From: Promethearchaeia archaeon
Lineage (GTDB): Archaea > Asgardarchaeota > Lokiarchaeia > Sigyniarchaeales > SOKP01
Length of the DNA: 64,000 nt
NCBI GenBank assembly: GCA_029856155.1
Contig: JAHQWL010000023.1
Location: 64,001 to 128,000 of the forward strand
Reading direction: 5' to 3'
This document shows positions 20,768-30,400 of this stretch, in pieces. Below the pieces are notes generated by a model. The model ran no database searches and was not told the origin of the DNA. It saw only the letters and a list, made by a program, of their open reading frames with translations. The stretch's first letter is position 1, and each line of letters begins with the position of its first letter. Both the position numbers and the translations under genes were made by a program.

Positions 20768-20801
20768 TATATAAACTTTGTCACATCATCGTGACAAAGT
20801 T
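20768..20801 (-). promoter_or_regulatory. Actin-operon TATA box with abutting perfect 11-bp inverted repeat
   Basis: AACTTTGTCAC-atcatc-GTGACAAAGTT at 20774-20801; tatataaa (TTTATATA on -) at 20768-20775. Confidence 0.75.
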
Positions 20802-20912
20802 GTGCCATTAATATAACAATTTAAAAAAAAATATTTGAAAATTAGTATTATTTGAATTGACGGCTCTATATACCTTATAATGTTTATAGGAATAATTAAA
20901 TTTAAATAAAAA

Positions 20913-21977
20913 CTATTTTTTTAGCAGATTTATCAACTTTTTTACTATTAGGTCCCCCATTTCTCTTGTTGTTAGTGTCTTAAAAGTTTTATTCTCAATA
21001 TCTATGGTTCTTCCTTCGTTAAGAGCCTCTTCCACAGATTTTTCAATTAAATTTCCAATTTCTGGAGAATTAAATGATTCCTGCATCATTAATTTTACAC
21101 TTAAAATAGTACCTATTGGATTTGCAATATTTTTACCAGCAATATCAGGAGCCGAACCATGTATAGGTTCATACATAGACACATTTCCTGGATTTATATT
21201 TCCACTAGCGGCCATTCCTAAACTACCAATAAGAAAGGCGCCTTCATCACTAGTAATATCACCGAACATATTGCCTGTAACTACAGTTTCGTAAGAATAG
21301 GGAGCACGAATTAGCCATTGACAAAAAGCATCGATATAGACATCCTCTTTCTCGATATCAGGATAATCATTTCCAATTCTATGAAAGATCGAGCGCCAAA
21401 ATTGACTTGCTTTTATAACATTTGCTTTATCTACAGATGTTATTTTCTTATGGCCATTTTTCTTCGCAAATTCATAAGCATATCGTATAATTCGTTCACA
21501 CCCCTTTTTAGTATAACGCATTACACTTTCTGCAATATCTTCTGATATTTCTCCTATTCCTTTATATATTCCTTCTGTATTTTCTCTAATAATGGTGAAA
21601 TCAATACCTTTTCCTATAAATTCTTCTTTAAGTGGGCATCTATCACGTATATGATCATATAACTTAATTGGTCTTATATTTACATATAGATCTAAATCCT
21701 GTCTTATCTTTAAGATTGCAGATTCAACAACTCCGGGGGGTAAATCAGGAAGTCCAATAGCACCAAATAATAGAGAATCAGAATTTTTAATAATCTCAAA
21801 TGTCTTCTTAGGAAGACTTTCACCACATTTTTTCCATACATTCCCTCCCGCGGGGGCATTTTTAAATTCAAAATCAAAATCAGTATACTCAGAAATTGTC
21901 TTTAGAATCTTTATCCCTTCTTCTACTACTTCTAATCCACATCCATCACCATGAGTGATGGCTATTTTTTTTACCAT
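20913..21977 (-). CDS. leuB: 3-isopropylmalate dehydrogenase
   Basis: GDGCGLEV, IRENTEG, VDKANV, NMFGDITSD, YEPIHGSAPDIAGKNIANP; operon context. Confidence 0.9.
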   Translation of the reverse strand: MVKKIAITHGDGCGLEVVEEGIKILKTISEYTDFDFEFKNAPAGGNVWKKCGESLPKKTFEIIKNSDSLLFGAIGLPDLPPGVVESAILKIRQDLDLYVNIRPIKLYDHIRDRCPLKEEFIGKGIDFTIIRENTEGIYKGIGEISEDIAESVMRYTKKGCERIIRYAYEFAKKNGHKKITSVDKANVIKASQFWRSIFHRIGNDYPDIEKEDVYIDAFCQWLIRAPYSYETVVTGNMFGDITSDEGAFLIGSLGMAASGNINPGNVSMYEPIHGSAPDIAGKNIANPIGTILSVKLMMQESFNSPEIGNLIEKSVEEALNEGRTIDIENKTFKTLTTREMGDLIVKKLINLLKK

Positions 21978-22495
21978 TATGATTCCTCTTCTGAATTAGC
22001 AATTTGTTCTTTGGCAAAATTTACGAGCCCTTGAAGTTTAATTATTTTCTGTAAAAAGGCTGGAAACTCACTAAAAGAATAAGATTGGTTAGAAGTTATA
22101 TTTCTTATTGATCCTTTTCCAAAATCAATATCTAACAGATCTCCACTATTAAAAGCATTAGTATCAGGAAACTGAAGAATTGGAAGTCCGATATTAATTG
22201 CATTTCTGAAAAATATTCGTGCAAAACTGGGAGCTATAATTAATTCTATTCCCGAAGCTTTTAATGCGATTGGAGCTTGTTCTCGGCTAGATCCACAACC
22301 GAAATTTGAACCTGAGACGAGAATCGTTGCTTGAAGATCATTTTTATTCTGATGAAACTCAGGATCTAAATCTTCCATACAATGTTTTGCTAAAAATTGA
22401 GGATCTGTATCTACTAAGTATCGAGCAGGAATTATAAAATCGGTATTAATATTTTCTTGAGGATATTTAATTACTTTTCCTTTTATTTTTTTCAC
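21977..22495 (-). CDS. leuD: 3-isopropylmalate dehydratase small subunit
   Basis: [38 protein letters not shown]. Confidence 0.92.
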   Translation of the reverse strand: MKKIKGKVIKYPQENINTDFIIPARYLVDTDPQFLAKHCMEDLDPEFHQNKNDLQATILVSGSNFGCGSSREQAPIALKASGIELIIAPSFARIFFRNAINIGLPILQFPDTNAFNSGDLLDIDFGKGSIRNITSNQSYSFSEFPAFLQKIIKLQGLVNFAKEQIANSEEES

Positions 22496-22512
22496 CTTTT
22501 AAATTGAATTTT

Positions 22513-23787
22513 TTATATACTTTCTGGAGATGTAATAAAACCTTTTAAAGCAGAAGATGCAGCAATTACAGGGTTTGATAAATAAACTTCACTTTCCTTA
22601 TGCCCCATCCTTCCCATAAAATTTCTATTTGTCGTTGATATCGCTCTTTCACCAGGAGCAAGGATTCCCATATGTCCTCCTAAACATGGACCACAAGTGG
22701 GTGGAGATACAATCGCTCCCGCTTTAAGAAAAATTTCGATTAATCCTTCTTTAAGAGCATGAAATTGAATATTAGGAGTGCCTGGAATGATAATACATCT
22801 CACACTAGGGTGGATCTTGTTATTTTTCATTATTTTTGCCGCTATCCGTAAATCCTCCAATCGTCCGTTAGTGCAAGAACCAATTACAGCTTGATCAATT
22901 TCAAGATGTAAATTATGTACTTCAGATATAGGTTTTGTATTGCTTGGTGAGTGCGGAAGAGCTATTTGAGGTTCAATTTTAGAACAATCGATCTCAATGC
23001 TGTTATGATAATTCGCATTATGATCATTTTCATAAGTTTTATATTTCGAAATTCCTACATTTTTAAGATATTGTTTTGTAATTTTATCTGGAAAAATGAA
23101 CCCTGTTTTTGCCCCTGCTTCGATAGCCATATTACACATAGTAAAACGGTTTGCCATAGATAAGTTATCAATAATTTCTCCTGTAAACTCCATAACTTTA
23201 TACGTTGCCCCATCAACACCAATTTGACCAATTGTATATAAAATTAAATCTTTTCCTGAAACCCATTTATTCAACTGACCTGAATATATGAATCTTGTGG
23301 TTTTAGGTACTTGAAGCCAACATTTTCCGAGAACCATAGTCACACCTAAATCAGTTGAGCCAACACCAGTAGAGAACGCTCCTAATGCACCATATGTACA
23401 AGTATGAGAATCAGCACCAATAATTAATTCACTCGGAGATACTAGACCTTGTTCAGGAATAAGACAATGTTCAATTCCTACTTTTCCTACCTCAAAATAG
23501 TGTTGAATATGATACTTATTTGCAAAATCTCTCAAAATTTTACACTGTATTGCCGAAGCAATATCTTTATTTGGTGTAAAATGATCTGGTGTCAATATTA
23601 TCTTACTCGGATCAAAAACACTTCTTTCAGTTCCTTCAATAATTTTTTCGAAAACTTCTATAGCTTTTGGTGCAGTTATATCATTACCCAAACATTTATC
23701 AATATTTACTAAAACAAAATCTCCAGCAGAAAGATCCTTTTGATCGCAATGATCTCTTAAGATTTTTTCACTAATTGTTAAAACCAT
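22513..23787 (-). CDS. leuC: 3-isopropylmalate dehydratase large subunit
   Basis: GADSHTCTYGA, IGSCTNGR, CGPCLGG, STTNRNF. Confidence 0.92.
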   Translation of the reverse strand: MVLTISEKILRDHCDQKDLSAGDFVLVNIDKCLGNDITAPKAIEVFEKIIEGTERSVFDPSKIILTPDHFTPNKDIASAIQCKILRDFANKYHIQHYFEVGKVGIEHCLIPEQGLVSPSELIIGADSHTCTYGALGAFSTGVGSTDLGVTMVLGKCWLQVPKTTRFIYSGQLNKWVSGKDLILYTIGQIGVDGATYKVMEFTGEIIDNLSMANRFTMCNMAIEAGAKTGFIFPDKITKQYLKNVGISKYKTYENDHNANYHNSIEIDCSKIEPQIALPHSPSNTKPISEVHNLHLEIDQAVIGSCTNGRLEDLRIAAKIMKNNKIHPSVRCIIIPGTPNIQFHALKEGLIEIFLKAGAIVSPPTCGPCLGGHMGILAPGERAISTTNRNFMGRMGHKESEVYLSNPVIAASSALKGFITSPESI

Positions 23788-23821
23788 AATTCTTAAAATC
23801 TCTATTTTTTATTGAAATTAA

Positions 23822-25444
23822 TTATTTTAATGATAGGCTTTTTTTCTTAACAATTAGATTTAGTCCTTTTATCAGAGATAAAACAGAACACAGAACAATA
23901 TCTTCATGAATCGCACTAGCTTTAACTACCATATTACTTTCAACATCCATGATTTCAATGGTAACATGCCCTAATGCTTCAGTTCCACCAGTAATAGCAT
24001 CAATTTGAAAATTTAAAAGTACAATCTTACTCATCGGTTTAAAGCATTTAACAATTGCTTTACAAGAAGCATCTACAGGACCTACTCCCGTTGCAGATGC
24101 TACTTTTTTTATTATATCTCCATTATTTTTGATATTTAATCGAACTGTTGATGTAGGTGTAACAGATCCAGTTAAAACAGTTAACTCCTCAAGCGTAACA
24201 TATTGTTCTTCTTTTGGTATTTCACCCAAAACATCTTTTACAATGGCTAAAAAATCCTCTTCAGAAACTTCATGCCCTTTATCACCAAGACTCTTTACAT
24301 GTTCCATTATTTTCGTAAATTGTTCTTCATTAGGTTTAATTCCTAAGTCATTAATTTTAGCCCTAAGAGCATGACCACCTGTATGTTTTCCAAGTTTTAT
24401 TGATTGCTTGATAATTGCTTCCACATTGTCAGTACGGTGAATTCCTATTAATTCTGGTGTAATGGGTTCATAAGTTCGTGCATGTTGAATCATCGCATGA
24501 GCATGAATACCTGCTTCATGAGCAAATGCATTCTGACCTATAAGGGGTTGTAATCGTCCAATTCTAACTTTTCCACCACAATAACTTTCTACTAATTTAG
24601 CTGTAGGAAATATTTTTGATGTTATAATATTCATAGGTATTTGGTATAAAGCATAAAGAGACATACATGTTTCTTCAAAAGATGCATTTCCTGCTCGTTC
24701 ACCCAAGCCCAAAATTGTTGTTTGAGCTTCAGAAGCACCATTTTCGAACCCAGCAATAGTATTTGCAACAGCAAGACCAAAATCATTATGACAATGGACT
24801 GCAATACGAATATTATTAGGTAAAGTTTCATAATTCTTCCGTATAATATATCCAAAAGCTACTGGAGAGATAGTACCTACTGTGTCAGGTATATTAATTC
24901 GTGTGGCTCCACTTTCAACGGCAGTTAGGTTAGCTTTAATTAAAAAGTCTAGATCTGATCTAGTTGCATCCTCAGCTGAAAATAATACTGTAGAATAATG
25001 CTCTTTAGCATAAGAGACGGTTTCTCTTATTCTTTCTATGACTTCATCTTTAGTTAATTGAAGTTTTTCTCTCATATGCAGTTCTGAAGTGGCACAAAAT
25101 AGATGTATACTATCCATATCTGCCTCTATAACTCTATCTATATCAGGTTTCGCTGTTCTAGCTAAACCCATCACTTCAGAATCTAAACCCATTTTTGCAA
25201 TATCTCTACAAGCTTCAAAATCACCCTGAGATGTTATAGGAAAACCCGCTTCTATAATATCGATTCCCAACTCATTAAGAGCTTGAGCAATAGATAGCTT
25301 TTCTTTATGAGTAAAACTTATACCTGGAGTTTGTTCCCCATCACGGAGCGTTGTATCAAAAAAATATGCTCTATCAGGGAGGATAAGTGCTCCTCTAATT
25401 TTTTCCATCATTTCGGAAACAGCAATATCGTTTTTACTTACCAT
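23822..25444 (-). CDS. leuA: 2-isopropylmalate synthase (LeuA/CimA family)
   Basis: DTTLRDGEQ, HCHNDFG, GERAGN, AFAHEAGIH, allosteric-domain GVGPVDA. Confidence 0.88.
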   Translation of the reverse strand: MVSKNDIAVSEMMEKIRGALILPDRAYFFDTTLRDGEQTPGISFTHKEKLSIAQALNELGIDIIEAGFPITSQGDFEACRDIAKMGLDSEVMGLARTAKPDIDRVIEADMDSIHLFCATSELHMREKLQLTKDEVIERIRETVSYAKEHYSTVLFSAEDATRSDLDFLIKANLTAVESGATRINIPDTVGTISPVAFGYIIRKNYETLPNNIRIAVHCHNDFGLAVANTIAGFENGASEAQTTILGLGERAGNASFEETCMSLYALYQIPMNIITSKIFPTAKLVESYCGGKVRIGRLQPLIGQNAFAHEAGIHAHAMIQHARTYEPITPELIGIHRTDNVEAIIKQSIKLGKHTGGHALRAKINDLGIKPNEEQFTKIMEHVKSLGDKGHEVSEEDFLAIVKDVLGEIPKEEQYVTLEELTVLTGSVTPTSTVRLNIKNNGDIIKKVASATGVGPVDASCKAIVKCFKPMSKIVLLNFQIDAITGGTEALGHVTIEIMDVESNMVVKASAIHEDIVLCSVLSLIKGLNLIVKKKSLSLK

Positions 25445-25531
25445 GTTTTTAACCTTTTATAATTTTATTTAAAATATATAGCCCTTATACTTCCAAGAAG
25501 AAAAATACGCTCTAGAAAGGAATAGGGCGCT

Positions 25532-25633
25532 CTATAATAATAAGAGTAATAACAAACTCATTAATTCTAAAGGAAATAAAATCCTCAAACTTATTTTATA
25601 ATTAGAAATAAGCAGACTCTGAGTAAATTTCAT
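25532..25633 (-). CDS. Putative leu operon leader peptide (33 aa, ends in seven Leu)
   Basis: MKFTQSLLISNYKISLRILFPLELMSLLLLLLL*; terminal codons TTG TTA TTA CTC TTA TTA TTA TAG; 87 nt upstream of leuA on the same strand. Confidence 0.75.
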   Translation of the reverse strand: MKFTQSLLISNYKISLRILFPLELMSLLLLLLL

Positions 25634-25909
25634 TTTTTCTAATCCTATTAGAATTTATGATTATAAAAATTAATTGATTATAACCTTATAAATTTTTTTC
25701 TTACTCCGTTTACAGTCTTTGTAGAAGAAGTTTGAAATTCTTTTGAAAAAATTCTTACTATTAGAGAATTGCCAAAAATCCAAGTTTAGATCCAGAGATT
25801 GATGTTGAAATTCAAAAATTATTAAATGAATTTTCAAATAAAGACTCAAATCAAATAAATGAAAAGAATAAGGAATGATAAAAAATAGAGAGAACGTTTT
25901 TAAATCAAT

Positions 25910-26323
25910 TTATAATGAAATTAACGATGAGATTTGTTTGTACTGATCTTCTGAGACTTTATCTTTTACTACTTCAAAAAGTTCTAGAAGCACATTGTCA
26001 GGAGCTCCTGCCATCACATACCTTAATGGACCGAAACTTTTTATTTCTTTTCTAAATTGAAAGCCCTTTTTTTTCATGTGTGCTACAAGTGCTTCCAAAT
26101 TGTCAGTTTCAATCCCTAAATGATGAATCGCTCCACGCTCTTGGTCCTTAGGTGGTTGATCATAAAAATTAATTTTTGAGGTTCCAATTGTTATCATTAC
26201 ATTTCTAGCTCCTGCCATTTTTAAATCAAATAAAACTTTTGCATCAAACATATCTTTATAAAATTTAATGCTTTCATCAAGATTCGAAGCAAAGAGATGG
26301 GCATGATGGAGGGAAGTTTTCAT
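25910..26323 (-). CDS. VOC/glyoxalase/bleomycin-resistance family protein
   Basis: LHHAHL...SIKFYKDMF...IHHLGI...APDNVLLELF. Confidence 0.88.
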   Translation of the reverse strand: MKTSLHHAHLFASNLDESIKFYKDMFDAKVLFDLKMAGARNVMITIGTSKINFYDQPPKDQERGAIHHLGIETDNLEALVAHMKKKGFQFRKEIKSFGPLRYVMAGAPDNVLLELFEVVKDKVSEDQYKQISSLISL

Positions 26324-26378
26324 AATTTCACCTTTTCAAAATATATTGTATGAATATGTGAAATATTTATAGATCTTT

Positions 26379-27413
26379 TTAGAATCTTTTCATTTTCTTT
26401 GGATAAGATTGAAAAGGAGTACGCGGCTCTTCTGAAATCCATTCCACGTTTTTGTTTATATAGGTAAGTGATCTTAATAAGTCAAATGTTAACCAACGTG
26501 TAGCTTGTGGATGTGCTATATAATCCCATAATCCAAATTCTCCCTGCTCCGATTTTACAAATTCGATAAATTCAAAAACTCTATCATCATCTTGAGTCGC
26601 ACCTATTCTCCAACAAAGATTTAAGATATGAGCTATATCAAATTTAGCCATAAAGGTTATTTGTCCAATAGATTTTTCCAATCCAAGAAGACGTGCTATC
26701 GTGAAACCAAGATTACTTCTTAATTTAAGATTAGTTCCAAGAATTAGATCCAGAGCTCGTTTAGCTTCATTACTACTTTTTCGTTTAGGGTGATAAGCAA
26801 GGCAGCTAAGAACTGCTGTTGTATTAGATCGACAACCCCACCTAGAATGAGCAAGACGGCGATATCCAGCAATCCCTCCATAATTGCCTGCAGATAAACC
26901 AACAGGCCACGTACCATCCTCCAAACGCTGATCCATTAACCAATCAAATCCTCCCTCCGCCCTTTCATCAGTTGAATACCCACACATCACCAATCCTAAA
27001 AGCGGAATAGCAGTTTGAATGGGCATCATCTGATACCCAATCTCTTCATCAGTAAGCTGTTTCTTACCCGGCATTGGCCAAGACCCATCTTTCTGTTGTT
27101 TTGAAAAAATATAATTTGCAGCTTTTTGAACAACACCATGAGAAGAATTAAATCCGAAATAACCCAGTCTCTGCAATGCCATTGATGTTAATTGAATATT
27201 ATCATAAGATGTTAAACGGTTTATACCAAAAGAATCCCATGATCCATTAAATTTTTGGAGCGTGAATAATTCTCTAGCAAACAGATCTGATTCTCTCATT
27301 TGAGATAATTCTTTTACTTCATCTTCATCCTCAGGCAAATTTAACAATTCGGTTAAAACTAAATAGCGTAAACAGGGTGATGGATCAGTTAATAAAAGTG
27401 GAATCCAAGTCAT
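26379..27413 (-). CDS. Prenyltransferase/squalene-cyclase repeat (alpha-alpha barrel) protein
   Basis: Repeated QKFNGSW, QQKDGSW, QRLEDGTW, QGEFGLW motifs. Confidence 0.7.
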   Translation of the reverse strand: MTWIPLLLTDPSPCLRYLVLTELLNLPEDEDEVKELSQMRESDLFARELFTLQKFNGSWDSFGINRLTSYDNIQLTSMALQRLGYFGFNSSHGVVQKAANYIFSKQQKDGSWPMPGKKQLTDEEIGYQMMPIQTAIPLLGLVMCGYSTDERAEGGFDWLMDQRLEDGTWPVGLSAGNYGGIAGYRRLAHSRWGCRSNTTAVLSCLAYHPKRKSSNEAKRALDLILGTNLKLRSNLGFTIARLLGLEKSIGQITFMAKFDIAHILNLCWRIGATQDDDRVFEFIEFVKSEQGEFGLWDYIAHPQATRWLTFDLLRSLTYINKNVEWISEEPRTPFQSYPKKMKRF

Positions 27414-27414
27414 C

Positions 27415-30400
27415 TCATAATCCTCCTTCTAACACATTTTTTATATATGGAGCAGTGGGGGTGTTCATTTTTGCTAATTCTTCCGGAGGACCTTTAGCAA
27501 TGATACGCCCTCCTTCTGGTCCTGCTCCTGGTCCTAATTCTATAAGCCAATCACAGGAAGCTAATACGTGTGGATGGTGCTCAATAACAATTACAGTATT
27601 ACCATTATCAACTAATAAATGTAATGTATCAATTAAATTAGACACATCTTCTAAATGCTGTCCAATAGTAGGTTCATCCAAAATATAAAGTGTTTTTCTA
27701 TTTGTTTTTTTGGATAGTTCCTTTACGATTTTAAGTCTTTGAGCTTCCCCTCCAGAAAGGGTGCGAGCAGGTTGGTTCAATTGTAAATATCCTAATCCTA
27801 CTTTTTTAGCATAAAGTAGTTTTAAAGCAATAGTTTCATATTCTTTAAATATTTCATGTGCTTCCTCAATTGTTAAATTTTTCACATCAGGCAAGGAAAC
27901 TCCACTGAAATGTACTTGCCAAGCTTCAGCTTGATAACCCGATCCTTTACAAGTTTCGCAAGTTTCAATGATGTCAGGGAGAAATTTCATATCTAATTTG
28001 ATATAACCTCGTCCCTTACAGACGGAACATCTTTTTTTTAATTTTTTTTCATCTAATCCTAAAATTCTTGCATCTTCACTCTCAGCAAATAGTTTAATTA
28101 TTGAAGGTTCTAATCCTAGAAATTTAAGAGGACTTCCAATTTTAGCCTTAGTTTGATCTATTAAAACCGTTTGAGATAATGTACCTTCAATCTTTTTATA
28201 TTTCCCTGGATCAATAGGTTCTCGAGATACTGAAGTTGTATGCTTTATAGGTACTAAGGCTCTTCCCAATGTATCAATTAATAAAGTACTTTTTCCTGAA
28301 CCTGAAACCCCACATAATCCTATTAATAAATTATGAGGAATCTCTACTAATTCACCTTTTAGATTATTTTCCTCTGCTCCAAAAATCTTTAGCCATTTCT
28401 TTGGTATTCGAGAATTTCTTGATAATTTAAATTTCTTTTTTCCACATAACCAGTCTCCTGTAATAGTATTAGATTTAATTATTTCTTCTAAAGTTCCTTT
28501 AGCTACGATCTCACCACCATTGACTCCTGCTCCTGGCCCCATATCAATAATATAATTGGCGAATTCCATAAATAGAGGATCATGTTCTATTGTTATAATT
28601 GTATTGCCTTTATCACGTAATTCCATTAGAACTTTTAATAATGCCATCAGTTCTGAAGGATGTAAACCCCTTGAGGGTTCATCAAGTAGAACAGTTAAGG
28701 ATGTTAAATCACTCCCTAATAATCCAGCTAATCGTACTCTCTGAGCTTCTCCAGCAGAAAGGCTCTCAGCAACACGATTTAAATTAATGTATCCTAGTCC
28801 CGTTTTGATTAGAAATTCTAAACGAGTTAAAATGATCTTAAAACTATTTTTCACAAATTCTGGTATATTATCTTCACCATTTCCATTTTTAAGAATTTCA
28901 AAGAGTTCCTTCAACGATATCTCGCACATCTGAGGAATATTATATCCATAAAGTGAGATAGCTAAATATTGAGGGCGTAATTTCATTCCATGACATTCAT
29001 CACATATCTCCTTATCTGTATATGTGCCTCCTACATCCCAATCTCTTAACCAGTGCTCATAAAAGCCTTGGAATTTATCTAATCTACTATATACATGTCC
29101 TTTTTTGTTTTCATATTCTATATCTAAAGGTTCTTTATCTCCAAATAGAAAAGCATTTTTTGCTACTTCTGACATATCATTCCAAGTTGTTGAGAAGGGA
29201 TCAAAACCATAACGAGTTGCGAGAGCTTGAACTATATAATAACCGTGATTATACGGCTTACACAAATATCCTTTTGGAAAAAATCCTGGAGAATACATTG
29301 CGCCATTACATAATGGTTTTTCAGGATGAATTATTAACTTATTTGGATTAGGAACTTGTGATGATCCTACTCCGTGGCACTTAAGACATGCTGCAGAGTA
29401 ATTTGTTGATATAAAATGCCTTGGATTAGCGAAAGGAATCGAAATATTGCACTCCATACAATACCATTTTTCCTCTCTTTCCATCCATTGATTACATTTA
29501 GGGCAACGAATTTTCCCCATATATGAAAAAATATTCGCTAAATGAAGTAAAATATCAGTAACTCTTCCTATAGTATTTCGAAGATTAAAATACCAGCCTT
29601 GTATTATTTTTTCTGGAATTATTAATGCCGTAATGCCTAAACCTCTAATATTTTCTACTAAAGCTTCAGTACTTTCTTTTGTGCTTTGTCTTTCATACAT
29701 TGACAAGGTTTCTAAATATCTTCGTCTTGCTTCTGTCTCAAGCGTATCCATAATCAGACTGGATTTACCTGATCCAGAAACTCCCGTAATTACAGTTAAT
29801 TTCTTTTTTGGTATCTCAACATTTACATTCTTTAAATTATGAATATGAGCGTTGTGAATGACAATTTTTTCTGAAATTTCGCTTTTCTGTTTTTCCTTTT
29901 CAATTAAAGGGTTAATATTTTCTTCTATTTTCAAAGCTTGAGCTGTAAGAGATTCCTCTACGTCTATAAACTCACTTAAAGGCCCTTGATAAATTATTTC
30001 TCCCCCTTTCGGCCCTGAACCTTGACCGAGGTCTATAATCCAATCAGCAGCTCTAATTATATCAATATTGTGTTCCACAATTACAATAGTGGCTCCAGAA
30101 TGAATTAATCTCTCTAAAATAGTTAATAAACCTGTTAAATCTTGAGAGTGTAACCCTGTTGAAGGCTCATCAAGAATAATCAATTGATCTTTTAAAGTTT
30201 TCCTTCCAAGGTATTTTGATAACTTAATTCGTTGAGCCTCACCCCCAGATAATGTTGGAGATGGTTGACCTAAAGAAAGATATCCCAAACCGATATCATT
30301 AAGAGCTTTTAACATTTGCTTTGCAGAATTAGTATCTGCAACAGACATTCTCTTTTCTTTATCAAAAATCTTTACAACATCTGAAATTGGTATATCATAT

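Noticed and set aside
25700-25878. Plus-strand coding-like remnant (...PSLDPEIDVEIQKLLNEF...)
   Set aside because: Possibly another orphan gene end, but no parent in the window and too short to assign.
26379-27413. Squalene-hopene cyclase / hopanoid synthesis call
   Set aside because: Single barrel, about half the expected length, and no DxDD motif.
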